Shown piece by piece: positions 45,997 to 55,596 of a stretch of DNA of 64,000 bases. A program made the position numbers and the translations under genes. Numbering within the stretch: the stretch's first letter is position 1; each line of letters opens with the position of its first letter. The notes below the pieces were generated by a model. That model did not search any database and was not told the origin of the DNA. It saw nothing but the letters and a program-made list of their open reading frames with translations. Origin of the DNA: Escherichia phage FFH2; sequence record KJ190158. One strand, 5' to 3'.

Positions 45997-46194
45997 TTAC
46001 ACAGGAATTGCTTCAAACAGGCCGTTATCTATACCGTCCTTCAGATAGAGATTATATTCTATGTCGGTATCTGTGTAAAGGGCAGCATCCAGCATTCTAT
46101 CTGTGAGTCCATCCATTGGGTGGAGAAACCACCACCCACGCCAGTCAAAGTAACAGCCTGGTGCATCTTCTCTTACACGGATTCGATAAATCAT
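45997..46194 (-). CDS. hypothetical protein (65 aa)
   Basis: ORF. Confidence 0.35.
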   Translation of the reverse strand: MIYRIRVREDAPGCYFDWRGWWFLHPMDGLTDRMLDAALYTDTDIEYNLYLKDGIDNGLFEAIPV

Positions 46195-46290
46195 GGGCAG
46201 TGGCCTCCTGTTAGTTATACATCCCAGTTTTCTTCGTTCATCACGTCCTCCCGTTCTATGAAGTTATAATTGCACACCTTTCAACCTGTG

Positions 46291-46707
46291 TCAACAGAAA
46301 ACTTCAACAAATTCTTCCACAGTTTTAATGTCGTGGGAAAAAGGTTTACGGCTATAACGGGCAATAGCACTATCAACCACCGCCCGGTACTCTAAATCTT
46401 CAGAGTATTTCATGAAGCATTGTAGCGTCTCTGGACAGATAGCTAAATAGCTCCACCACCCCTCTTCAGATTGGTAGTCGAATCCCATACTCTCCAACCA
46501 TGAAGCGTACACACCTGCACCCTCTAGCCAGTGGGTATTTTCATCAAGAAATTTATTCACCGACATGTGTGCTTCCAGGCACTCGTCAAGCTCTTTTCCG
46601 TTAACCAGCCATGCACTGACTGTGGCGCATCCGAGGTCTACAGATTGAGTTGACAGGTTGTATTGGTCATAGTTCTCAGGTTTAACAATGATATCTTCTA
46701 ATGTCAT
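46291..46707 (-). CDS. hypothetical acidic protein (138 aa)
   Basis: ORF. Confidence 0.4.
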   Translation of the reverse strand: MTLEDIIVKPENYDQYNLSTQSVDLGCATVSAWLVNGKELDECLEAHMSVNKFLDENTHWLEGAGVYASWLESMGFDYQSEEGWWSYLAICPETLQCFMKYSEDLEYRAVVDSAIARYSRKPFSHDIKTVEEFVEVFC

Positions 46708-46769
46708 TTTTCAGATCTCCTTATACAAAAATGCCCCACCCTTTCGGGCAGGGCTATGTTAACTAGATG

Positions 46770-47996
46770 TTAAAACGGTATGTCATCATCAAAGGCGTAC
46801 TGTGCTGGATTCTGATCCATCGGGTCATCTTCCTCATCATTTACAGGAGGAGCGTCTACAGTGTTTTGCTGTGGAGCTGCTTCCTGTTTGGCAGCCTGAG
46901 GTTCTTGATGGTCAGTTGACCCAGCACCGTTCTTGATCCAATCGTACAACGGCTCAGCCAGATTAGTCAAGACATCTTTTGCTTCTGCAGTAATTGCCAC
47001 TGCAAAATCATCAACTTTCGTTTTCTTGTCAATACGGCGACAAGCGTTCAACACCGCATTACCGACACTGGCACCTACTTCATCTTCAGTTCGGTTGGTG
47101 GCTTGAGCATACTCTTTCTTAAGCTCAATGGTGACTACGTGCAGTGTTTTAGCCACTCCCAGTGGGTCGTCTACCTTAAACCCGCGATCCAGGATGATCT
47201 GCAACGCATTGATGCTATGCCCCGTTTCCACACCGATAGGGTCGTAAGAGGATTTACGCTTGCCACCAGATCCTTGAGTGCCGTTCTCTGCCTTAGGGGG
47301 ATAGGCCTTGAAACCACTGATAATGTTTCCGGTGTCTTTGTCAACAATGGCTGCAACACGACCACCTACCACCAGGTCTTTAAGCTGCTCATCAGTTACA
47401 ACCATAGCACCTTCGCCAATCTTGTGGTCATTAACAGTAACCACGTTGCCAACAATCTGAGTCACATCACCATAGATGCGTAAAACGTCCTGATTGGCAT
47501 TCTGCTGAGGTTTCTGCTTCTGGCCTTGTGATTGTGCACCTTGTTGCTGTTTTTGCTGCTGAGTCGCTGCTGGAGCCTCTCCTGCACCCAGCTTAACCAT
47601 CTTAGCCAGTGAGCCCTTGTAATAGGTCTTACCGTTATGCTCGTTTGCCTTCAAAGGGATATTTACGATCCATCCTGGCGTTACGGTTTCCCACTTGTCA
47701 TCAATCTTAACAGAGACAGAGTCTTGATGACCTGGTTTAAGCAGCTTATCACCCATGCTGATCCAGACTTCTTCACCACCTTGAAGCAGGTTATCAGAGG
47801 AATCCAGTTCAGAAATCAGTAAAGAGATGGTGTGGCTGGATTCAATTTTCTTACCTTGCCACACAGTGGTTTTAATACCTGTTGTAGGATCAGCACCTTT
47901 AATAGGCTTGATGCTAACACGTTTAATCATGCCGTGAGCTAGTAAAACAGTTTCACGCGGATTCATTGGGTTAGCGAATTGTTGAATAACGCTCAT
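46770..47996 (-). CDS. ssb: single-stranded DNA-binding protein with host-SSB-like acidic C-terminal tail
   Basis: Gln-rich linker, then C-terminus ...FDDDIPF (identical to the E. coli SSB C-terminal DDDIPF tip). Sits in the replication module. Confidence 0.6.
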   Translation of the reverse strand: MSVIQQFANPMNPRETVLLAHGMIKRVSIKPIKGADPTTGIKTTVWQGKKIESSHTISLLISELDSSDNLLQGGEEVWISMGDKLLKPGHQDSVSVKIDDKWETVTPGWIVNIPLKANEHNGKTYYKGSLAKMVKLGAGEAPAATQQQKQQQGAQSQGQKQKPQQNANQDVLRIYGDVTQIVGNVVTVNDHKIGEGAMVVTDEQLKDLVVGGRVAAIVDKDTGNIISGFKAYPPKAENGTQGSGGKRKSSYDPIGVETGHSINALQIILDRGFKVDDPLGVAKTLHVVTIELKKEYAQATNRTEDEVGASVGNAVLNACRRIDKKTKVDDFAVAITAEAKDVLTNLAEPLYDWIKNGAGSTDHQEPQAAKQEAAPQQNTVDAPPVNDEEDDPMDQNPAQYAFDDDIPF

Positions 47997-48361
47997 TATT
48001 TGTCTCCTTGTTCTTCGTTAGTGCTTGCCGTGTGTGCGAACCCTGCTTGAATTAATTTGTCCTGAACTTGAGCCAACAGGCCCATTGCAAAACTTGTGGT
48101 CCCAGAGAGGGCCATCAGCATATCCCGTTGTTGAGCTACCCAACCTAAGGCATAGTCCAAACGACGATATTTTTCTTCTTCACGCAGAGCCTGAAATAAT
48201 TGTTCAGCCTCCGGTTGTTGTGTGAGCTCCTGAAGTCTTCCCATGAAAGAAGAAAGCACTAGCAAAAGAGACACTTGATCTTTACTTAACCCTAAGAAAA
48301 ATTCTTGAGGTTGTTCTTGCTCGTTCATCGCAACCGACTCTTGATCGTTCATTTGTTCCAT
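47996..48361 (-). CDS. hypothetical protein (121 aa)
   Basis: ORF coupled to ssb. Confidence 0.4.
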   Translation of the reverse strand: MEQMNDQESVAMNEQEQPQEFFLGLSKDQVSLLLVLSSFMGRLQELTQQPEAEQLFQALREEEKYRRLDYALGWVAQQRDMLMALSGTTSFAMGLLAQVQDKLIQAGFAHTASTNEEQGDK

Positions 48362-48444
48362 TATGGAATCTCCGATTTTATTTGAACAACATAGAAGGAG
48401 ACACTATTTTAGCATCCCCTTCTGTAAATTACAATAGGTATTTG

Positions 48445-48690
48445 TTAGCCAATCACTTCGAAAGTTCCCCAATTCCCGTCCAGCAGGCAGGTGATCGGAT
48501 CCCCATCGTCGTCAAAGATTTCAAAGTTTTCAGCATCCAGGATGTGGCCCTCGAACACAATACTTTCGTCGCCACCACCAGAGATAACAGCGTATTCCTT
48601 ACCTTGAGTCAAGTTTTGACACCCTTTGCCACCAAAACCTACTTCAACACAACGTACTTTCTGTCCTGCGCGAGCAACTACTTCAGTCAT
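48445..48690 (-). CDS. hypothetical protein (81 aa)
   Basis: ORF. Confidence 0.4.
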   Translation of the reverse strand: MTEVVARAGQKVRCVEVGFGGKGCQNLTQGKEYAVISGGGDESIVFEGHILDAENFEIFDDDGDPITCLLDGNWGTFEVIG

Positions 48691-48707
48691 CTTAAGGTCT
48701 CCTGATA

Positions 48708-49028
48708 TTAATCGTCAAGTTCAAAATAGATTTTAACAGCTTCATCGAAGATTGGAATCCCGATGTTGTTGATAAGCTGCCAAACTACCATATCTTTACC
48801 TGGATCTGGGAGAATGTCAACCTTTCTCCATGCGCTGTATACCCAGTTCGGACCGCCTTCTGCACTAACTGGCAGATTTTCACCAGCCTCCTGTAGATAC
48901 TTATACAGCAAAAGATATTCTGGATACTCCAGAACACTGTCCTCTGTAGTATATAGCAGTTCACGGTATACTTTTAAGAACCCTGCTGGGGTGATGTTTT
49001 CAGTCTTCATTTGCTGCTTCTCCTGCAT
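48708..49028 (-). CDS. hypothetical protein (106 aa)
   Basis: ORF. Confidence 0.4.
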   Translation of the reverse strand: MQEKQQMKTENITPAGFLKVYRELLYTTEDSVLEYPEYLLLYKYLQEAGENLPVSAEGGPNWVYSAWRKVDILPDPGKDMVVWQLINNIGIPIFDEAVKIYFELDD

Positions 49029-49389
49029 TCATCAGATCTGCCATAGCGTCACCCACGAAGAGAACAACCACATCGTTTACCGCGTCAGCATCATCTTTGT
49101 TGACGTTGCTGAATTTAGGACACACAGCAATAATCATATAGACACCGTTACCCACCTGAACTGTCCGTGTGGTGCACATCATGGCGGTATTTGTGCCTTC
49201 TTTGAAGGCGAAGCCTTGAAGACGCTCCTCTAGAGTGTTACCGGTAGACTTCAGAAGCGCCAGCTCGTCCAAGGCATAGATGATATCTCCGGAAGTTAGT
49301 GTTGCCTTGCCATCAGACACCATAATCACTCCATCAGCACCGTCAAGCTTAGAGGCTTCAAAGATATCAATATCCCAAATATTTTTCAT
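49000..49389 (-). CDS. hypothetical protein (129 aa)
   Basis: ORF. Confidence 0.4.
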   Translation of the reverse strand: MKNIWDIDIFEASKLDGADGVIMVSDGKATLTSGDIIYALDELALLKSTGNTLEERLQGFAFKEGTNTAMMCTTRTVQVGNGVYMIIAVCPKFSNVNKDDADAVNDVVVLFVGDAMADLMNAGEAANED

Positions 49390-49721
49390 TACGCTTCCTC
49401 GTCGTCTAAGTAATCATCAAGAGAGGTGAAGATTTCACCGAAGTATTCTAAGATTTCTAGCTCACGTGTGGTGCAGCAAACATAATCGCCTTGGTCGTCC
49501 TTAATAGTGGCCTCTTTACCCAGAATATCTACTTCAAGTTCATCGTTCAACAGGACGGCCCCTGTGTAAACTTTGTCAGCTGTGCAGTCCCGAAAAGCAG
49601 AGTCCTTCTCCAGATAGTCTGGCTTAACCTTGGCTTTAATTCGTTGGTATTGTTTGGTCATTGTTGTGGTCCCCTTTCGTTTTGATAGGACCATTGTATT
49701 AGGTCCTATCGCTGTTGTCAA
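49389..49721 (-). CDS. hypothetical protein; paralog of 49725-49979
   Basis: Shared KPDYLEKDSAFRDCTADKVYTG / KPECVANDRAFKDCTVGAIYEA block. Confidence 0.45.
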   Translation of the reverse strand: MTTAIGPNTMVLSKRKGTTTMTKQYQRIKAKVKPDYLEKDSAFRDCTADKVYTGAVLLNDELEVDILGKEATIKDDQGDYVCCTTRELEILEYFGEIFTSLDDYLDDEEA

Positions 49722-49724
49722 GTA

Positions 49725-49979
49725 TTAATGTTCAGGTTTTACAAAAACGACTTCATTAACAGTGCACCAGACAGAGTCTCCTTCATCATCTTTAAAGGTA
49801 AGGCACTGTGCTGAGTTTTCCAGCTCATCGATCTCTTCTTGTGATAAAGGGGCCCCTTCTTCCAGAAGGGCTTTTACCAGAGGGTTCTCACAAAACTCTG
49901 CTTCATAAATTGCACCGACTGTGCAATCTTTAAAAGCTCGGTCATTTGCAACGCATTCTGGCTTCAAAGTAATTTTCAT
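49725..49979 (-). CDS. hypothetical protein; paralog of 49389-49721
   Basis: See paralog. Confidence 0.45.
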   Translation of the reverse strand: MKITLKPECVANDRAFKDCTVGAIYEAEFCENPLVKALLEEGAPLSQEEIDELENSAQCLTFKDDEGDSVWCTVNEVVFVKPEH

Positions 49980-50055
49980 CTTGGCAGTCTCCTTAGTTAT
50001 TTAAAAATCACCGATCTGTTTGTGTGAAGCATCTTATATCTAATCTTACTTCTTG

Positions 50056-50454
50056 TCAATGGCTATTTTCAATCAGCCACACAGGGTCGAGGTAAATTTG
50101 TTGGCGTGTTGCCCAATGACAAACTTCATTGTACATCTGAATCTCTTTGTCCGTCAGTTCACGAATAGGCTCATCTATACCCTCATTTTTGTGGTAATCC
50201 CAGTCGGCATCGATTTCCCACAGCCATGACTTGTTGTCACCACGCTTACGCACACAGAAGTCACCGGGACGGCCTGCCAATGCATTTAAGAACTCGTTCT
50301 CCGCTCGCTCTTGGAGAATACTAAGGAGCAAAACGTTAGAACATGACCGTAGAATATGCTTCAGCTCACAATCATCAATCTCAACTTCAATACGTTGTTT
50401 GACTGTGTGGGTACCTTTTACTAACATCCTACCTCCTCTAAACGAACTCTGCAA
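50056..50454 (-). CDS. hypothetical protein (132 aa)
   Basis: ORF. Confidence 0.4.
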   Translation of the reverse strand: MQSSFRGGRMLVKGTHTVKQRIEVEIDDCELKHILRSCSNVLLLSILQERAENEFLNALAGRPGDFCVRKRGDNKSWLWEIDADWDYHKNEGIDEPIRELTDKEIQMYNEVCHWATRQQIYLDPVWLIENSH

Positions 50455-50632
50455 GGGTTGTGTTGTTCACTGCACCGCAGTAAATGGAGTATCCCAGCCC
50501 ATTAGAGTGCAGAAACCACGGCGTTCCGAAATTATCTTTCACGTAGACATCGCCGTTGCTTGTAAAGGGCCAATATTCTTCGCCAAGGGTAAAATACCTA
50601 CTCATACCTTCAGCAAGATACTTTACTTTCAT
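50438..50632 (-). CDS. small protein, KD..G..W(F/Y)L family member 1
   Basis: YVKDNFGTPWFLHSNGLGY. Confidence 0.4.
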   Translation of the reverse strand: MKVKYLAEGMSRYFTLGEEYWPFTSNGDVYVKDNFGTPWFLHSNGLGYSIYCGAVNNTTLAEFV

Positions 50633-50856
50633 AGGTCCTCTTCTACAGCTACAAACTTGGCAAGCAGGGTGGTTCCGTAGATATGATACTCACCGTTTGC
50701 CAGATGGGAGATAAACCAGGCAATCCCTTCCTCGTCTTTAATCATCTTGTTTGCACGATTTTTATCGTAATAAACCTCGTAGGTCTTTCCTTCTTTAAAG
50801 AATGACAGGTCTGTCATCTTTTCTTCTACAAAAGTAGCTTTAACCAAAGTTGTCAT
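50629..50856 (-). CDS. small protein, family member 2
   Basis: MIKDEEGIAWFISHLANGEY. Confidence 0.4.
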   Translation of the reverse strand: MTTLVKATFVEEKMTDLSFFKEGKTYEVYYDKNRANKMIKDEEGIAWFISHLANGEYHIYGTTLLAKFVAVEEDL

Positions 50857-51227
50857 TGATCGGTCTCCTTCTTGTTAAGTCTGAATACTGCAATAATAAC
50901 ATTCCCAAGGTGCAGTGTCAAATCATTTCCAAGATACCACAACATTCCACGGTCATCTTTGATGAAAGGGTAACAATCTGGTGCCTTCCAGACATTGTAC
51001 ACTTTCCCAACCTGAAAGAAATCAGGCCCTGTTGGGATTTTGGTACCAGGCCACACTTGAGATACCTGAACACACTCCACCTGCATAATAACAGGGATAG
51101 TCATAGATGTAAATGTTTTTGTTGGTTCTACTACCATAAAAGTCTCCTCTTTGCTCAACAACACTTCCATGTGTTGATAGTTTACATTAGTGACAATCAC
51201 CCCAATTACGACCACACAAGTATTCAC
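50853..51227 (-). CDS. small protein, family member 3
   Basis: FIKDDRGMLWYLGNDLTLH. Confidence 0.4.
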   Translation of the reverse strand: MNTCVVVIGVIVTNVNYQHMEVLLSKEETFMVVEPTKTFTSMTIPVIMQVECVQVSQVWPGTKIPTGPDFFQVGKVYNVWKAPDCYPFIKDDRGMLWYLGNDLTLHLGNVIIAVFRLNKKETDQ

Positions 51228-51543
51228 CTGTGATCTGGAACGGGACTCCCATCATTTTAGAAGCTTGCCAGAAGCAATGTACCACCATTTCGCCCACAGG
51301 ACTCCAGATAAGTTCAAGCTTTCCGTCATCGTTCAAGATAGGATCGTACACCGTGTTTCCGTCTCTGTCAACCACTTCGTTTCCGTCCTCATCCTTGCGT
51401 GCCTTTTTGTACTTATGACCGTCGAACACATGAAGTTTGGCCTCCTGCTCTGCCTTAAATGCTTCCAGTTCTTCGATTGTGTCGAAGGTGTACACAGTCT
51501 TATACTTCGGTGTGTCAGGGACTTGAAGCTGATATTCATCCAT
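51187..51543 (-). CDS. hypothetical protein (118 aa)
   Basis: ORF. Confidence 0.4.
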   Translation of the reverse strand: MDEYQLQVPDTPKYKTVYTFDTIEELEAFKAEQEAKLHVFDGHKYKKARKDEDGNEVVDRDGNTVYDPILNDDGKLELIWSPVGEMVVHCFWQASKMMGVPFQITGEYLCGRNWGDCH

Positions 51544-51735
51544 CTGTTCAGGTAGGTCGTTAAGCTACCCCGCACCATTACGTGCATAGCCATACAGTTT
51601 CCTGTATGGATCGGACTACCTCACTGCCTTGGTAACAAGGCACCTCCCATTTCGACCGCACTTGCTGGCCTACTCTACTCGCTTCTTCACACCAACCTAT
51701 GTTGGAGCTATGCTTTCGATAGTCTCTGAACGTTA

Positions 51736-52242
51736 CTACCAGGTGTAGTTTTTAGAGATATGTTTCCACTGTCTTCTTTGCTTTATAGCCCTGACGGTCT
51801 CATAAGGATATCCAAGATCCCTAATCTCGCATTGTCGTAGACCACTCTGCAACAGTTCGCAAATCTCTATTACCTCATCTTCTGTCAGCACAGCGTTAGC
51901 ATTATACTCACCAACTGGCCTTACTCTGAGGTCATTATCATAGGCGTGCTTGATATTTCCACCAGGGGTGGTCCATTCTAGGTTCCAGTATGCATTGTTG
52001 TACTTATTCCCATCCTTATGGTTCACCCATGTGAGTCTTTCAGGATCTGGGTTTGATACAAAGCATTCAGCAACCAGGTGGTGGACACCTTTTGTGCACT
52101 GCTTCCCCTCGATTAGCATGGTTACGCAAAGGTAACCTCTACCATTATCAAAACAAAACATTGTTGTATGATCACGTTTCGATAAAGGTATTGTTCCATC
52201 ATCAAACACGGTATACCCGTGATAATCAGCTGTTCTAGCCAT
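51736..52242 (-). CDS. HNH homing endonuclease (free-standing)
   Basis: WVNHKDGNKYNNAYWNLEW HNH motif. Paralogous to the nrdD intron HEG. Lies immediately downstream of the DNA polymerase gene. Confidence 0.65.
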   Translation of the reverse strand: MARTADYHGYTVFDDGTIPLSKRDHTTMFCFDNGRGYLCVTMLIEGKQCTKGVHHLVAECFVSNPDPERLTWVNHKDGNKYNNAYWNLEWTTPGGNIKHAYDNDLRVRPVGEYNANAVLTEDEVIEICELLQSGLRQCEIRDLGYPYETVRAIKQRRQWKHISKNYTW

Positions 52243-52377
52243 TTTAACTACACCCCTTTAGTCTTCGCTGCGGATTAGCATATTGAGCTTTTACCATACT
52301 CAGGTGTAAAAGTCAACTTAGCTTCCCCGTCAATTAAAGAGGTTATTCGACATAGATTACTCTATGAAGCCACAATG

Positions 52378-54807
52378 TTATTTATGGTAATAAATAATAC
52401 GACGAACACCTTCATCGTACCACCCACGCTTCACCATTTGGTGGTGCATGAGTATCCCAACTAAGTCACACAACGATGCACCACCATTTTGTTGGTATGC
52501 ATTAAGTAAAGAGTGTTTAGATCGGGTCCAGATGGCATGACCATCAAAAGAGTAGATAAACTTCTTACCCGTTGCTTCCCAGAATTTCTCCAGATCCTCT
52601 TTACGGCCCTTAAGACCAGGGTTGGCATCCCAAAGCGCATCGATTACCCTTTGTCCCAACTCTGGAGAGATGTCCAGCATATCTGCAACTTTATCTTTTT
52701 GTGCCCCGTACATAACCCCATACGTGATAGGTTTACCGTCGTTACGGGACACCTCTCTGCCTGCTACTTTTGTATATGCCTCAGCATTGTTTTGGTGTGC
52801 GTCTCCGTTACTTACAACATCATAATACAAGCCGTTGTCGAACTCAAAGGCACCCCAAGCCCCGATAAGCTGCTCTAAGTTGGACCCGTCAATACCGATC
52901 TCAAAGTATCCAGGAGGAACACCCCACAGACTACGCATCTCTTTACCCATAACCACTTTAGGAGATGGTTTAGGCATGTTTGCACAAATACTGTGTTTCT
53001 GTCTGGAAGTGTTTGTTAATCCAGAGCTTTTAGCAGGAAGCTTATGGTCAATCTTCAAACGTGGGTGATTAAGAAGACCAGTGTCAACCTTATCCTCCTT
53101 GATTGGATCAAGTACCGATCTGCGGTTTCGCAATGATAACCATAAGACGATATCTTTAGCCATCTCTCCGTTCAATTTTTCAAGATTCGGACACAGGTGT
53201 CCAAACGTATCTTTCAGTTGCGGAGAAGTAATAAGTGCCCTAGCTTTTCTACGTATTTTCCCGAATACTTCCTTTTTAATCCTTTCGGAGTTAGGAAAGC
53301 TTCGGAACTTGTGCACTGTTGTCTGAAACTTAGCATCAGTTTTGTTCCAGAAGTTGATAATTAGGTCACAATACTCTGACTCTAAAAGCTCGTCCATGTA
53401 TGCATATACTCGTGCATCAACATCTGCATCAGGTAGAGCTTTCTTCTTGCTGTCTTTAGTTACATCCTTAGTTCTCCACATTGTCGGAAGCCAACCAGCA
53501 CTGATCAGGTATCGCTTAATGTCGTCCTGATTGCTGATTTTCATAGGTATCTTGCAGTCAGGCATTCGCTTCTGCTGCAGATCGCTTATTGCCTGATCCA
53601 TCAGCTCTTTAGGCAAAGGTTGTGGTGTGGAGGTGCCCTTAATATAGCCTCTCAAGAAATCAGCCATCTTATCGTGGTCTTTGCAGCCCATCTCTTCACA
53701 CCATTTTATCCCCATTTTACTGACATCTCCTGTGGAGGTAAATGCTCGCTTAGGTGGGGCTTTGAACTCTAAAGCGCTCATGTCTACAGGATAGCCAAGC
53801 TTATCTTTTAACCATTTCCAACCATTATTGGAGATTGTCCCATCTTGGTTAAACGGCTTTTCAGGGAACTTGGGCCGCTGAGACATTGACAGCTCTTTTA
53901 AAGGTAGTTGTGGTTCAACACGATCAGCTATTTCTTTCATCCACGCATCGCAACGGTCACGTAAAGCAATAGCCCCGTCTATGTCGAAATACACACCCTG
54001 ACGGGCCTGCAGCTCCATCAGGAAGTGCTGCAGCATGCCTCGACGTAGTGCGTTCTTCCAGGTGATCTTCTTGAACCCTTTCGGCTTCTCTTTGGCTGGA
54101 TCGTACATAAAGTTCTGCATGTCAGATTTGCCGTAGAATACACCTTTTGATTCCGCTACCAGCTCTTTCCAGAGCAGCTCCTGGATGATAACGTCCTCGA
54201 ATACACGATCCACATACTTCCACAACGGAAGATCGCGCCAGTCATCAATTTGAACTTTCTGGTTACCAAGGGCGTAGCCCCATGCCATAAGGCCGTGAGG
54301 ACCAACAGGCTGCATTTTCTTAGTAACCGGGTTGAATACAGAGTCCGGACAACCTTTTGGTAAAGGGCGATCAGGCCACAAGATTCGGCTCATCGCCAAC
54401 GTATCAAACAGGTTAACCTGGTGGTCGTTGATAGTCCCCATACATTTAGGATCACGGAACATATCAAAATGAATACCGGATAATCTCTCCATCAGCATAA
54501 AGTCATAACTGTAGCAGTTATGGCAGTTCAAAGCTGTTGGTGACCAGTCGGAATTGCCTGTAAGCCAACCCTCCAACTCCGAAAAATCTGCTATGCGAAC
54601 TTCAAAATCCTTATAAAGAGTTTTCTTTGCCAGAATAAAGTTCTTAGCCTTCTCTATATCCTCCTCGGAGTAGTGTGTGCGGTCATTTAGAGGAAGGAAC
54701 AGCATAAAACGGTTCTTATTCAGCTCTTTAAACAGGCCGCAATGATAATAAAGATCTGGGTCTTCCAAAAGCCCTGAGGCCTCCAGATCGAAGCACCAAT
54801 TACTCAT
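52378..54807 (-). CDS. family A DNA polymerase, T7 gp5-like
   Basis: Exo I FDLEASGL; HCGLF, AWGYALG, AGWLPT, GIDGSNLEQL...FEFDNG (motif A) and KPITYGVMYGAQ (motif B) parallel T7 gp5 blocks; 809 aa. Confidence 0.85.
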   Translation of the reverse strand: MSNWCFDLEASGLLEDPDLYYHCGLFKELNKNRFMLFLPLNDRTHYSEEDIEKAKNFILAKKTLYKDFEVRIADFSELEGWLTGNSDWSPTALNCHNCYSYDFMLMERLSGIHFDMFRDPKCMGTINDHQVNLFDTLAMSRILWPDRPLPKGCPDSVFNPVTKKMQPVGPHGLMAWGYALGNQKVQIDDWRDLPLWKYVDRVFEDVIIQELLWKELVAESKGVFYGKSDMQNFMYDPAKEKPKGFKKITWKNALRRGMLQHFLMELQARQGVYFDIDGAIALRDRCDAWMKEIADRVEPQLPLKELSMSQRPKFPEKPFNQDGTISNNGWKWLKDKLGYPVDMSALEFKAPPKRAFTSTGDVSKMGIKWCEEMGCKDHDKMADFLRGYIKGTSTPQPLPKELMDQAISDLQQKRMPDCKIPMKISNQDDIKRYLISAGWLPTMWRTKDVTKDSKKKALPDADVDARVYAYMDELLESEYCDLIINFWNKTDAKFQTTVHKFRSFPNSERIKKEVFGKIRRKARALITSPQLKDTFGHLCPNLEKLNGEMAKDIVLWLSLRNRRSVLDPIKEDKVDTGLLNHPRLKIDHKLPAKSSGLTNTSRQKHSICANMPKPSPKVVMGKEMRSLWGVPPGYFEIGIDGSNLEQLIGAWGAFEFDNGLYYDVVSNGDAHQNNAEAYTKVAGREVSRNDGKPITYGVMYGAQKDKVADMLDISPELGQRVIDALWDANPGLKGRKEDLEKFWEATGKKFIYSFDGHAIWTRSKHSLLNAYQQNGGASLCDLVGILMHHQMVKRGWYDEGVRRIIYYHK

Positions 54808-55538
54808 ACTGTCTCCTCCTGTGTCTTCTCAGCATTCTTTCTTGCAGCTATTGCATCGTCCCTGTTCTTGAAATACCCAAGGCATTTCCTTTTACCATCT
54901 ACATGAATTCTGGCTACCCATCTTTCATGGGTTTTATCCCAATTCACCCCTGAGCAACCGCTGGTGTTATTATACTGCACGGCTCTTCCACTCTTGTGCG
55001 AAAAACCATTATCTTCGAAGAACTTTCTTGCCCACTCTGCCTCTTCAAAAGTTCTGTACTGGCCTAGCCAGACCCTTTCACCTACAGAGTCTGTGCCTTG
55101 AGCTACCCATGCCCCTCTTTCTTCAGAATAGTGCACCCCGACCCTGCCAGATTTGTTGTTGCTACGAGGTATCTTGCAACTTTTCTTTTTGTTATCTGTA
55201 GGTTCGAGTAGTTGCAAATTATGAATACTGTTGTCAGCCACACCACCTGTTTCCCTTATCTCCTTGATGTGGTCAACCTCATACCCTTCCGGTACAGGAC
55301 CGTTAAACATTTCCCAGATTATAACGTGGGCACCTTTAGTGCAATGCTTTCCTAGACTAACCACAGGCCTGCCATCAGCATCTTGCCCCTTGTCAGCTCT
55401 GGAGCCTGCTGAAGTTTTAACATATCCTACACCGCTGCCTGCCAGAATGTCTATCTTCCAAAAAAGATTTTGACCGTCATACTCCAATATTTCTGACCAC
55501 AAGTGATTAGCTACACAGTGATCTCTGAACTCGTTCAT
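54804..55538 (-). CDS. HNH homing endonuclease with AP2-like DNA-binding repeats
   Basis: EVDHIKEIRETGG HNH core plus two RVGVHY../GVNWDKTHERWVARIHV AP2-type repeats. Inserted between the polymerase and primase-helicase genes. Confidence 0.65.
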   Translation of the reverse strand: MNEFRDHCVANHLWSEILEYDGQNLFWKIDILAGSGVGYVKTSAGSRADKGQDADGRPVVSLGKHCTKGAHVIIWEMFNGPVPEGYEVDHIKEIRETGGVADNSIHNLQLLEPTDNKKKSCKIPRSNNKSGRVGVHYSEERGAWVAQGTDSVGERVWLGQYRTFEEAEWARKFFEDNGFSHKSGRAVQYNNTSGCSGVNWDKTHERWVARIHVDGKRKCLGYFKNRDDAIAARKNAEKTQEETV

Positions 55539-55596
55539 AAAGTGTTCTCCTTAAAGGGGAGGCGGTTGTACTACCCCTCCCACTCTTTGTTAAACA

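Noticed and set aside
47103-47483. 126-aa + strand ORF inside the ssb gene
   Set aside because: Antisense to the SSB gene (clear Gln-rich linker and DDDIPF tail on the - strand). No RBS.
52513-53530. Run of + strand ORFs (52513, 52622, 52835, 53081, 53342) within the DNA polymerase gene
   Set aside because: Shadow frames of the 809-aa Pol A gene. Polymerase motifs are continuous on the - strand.
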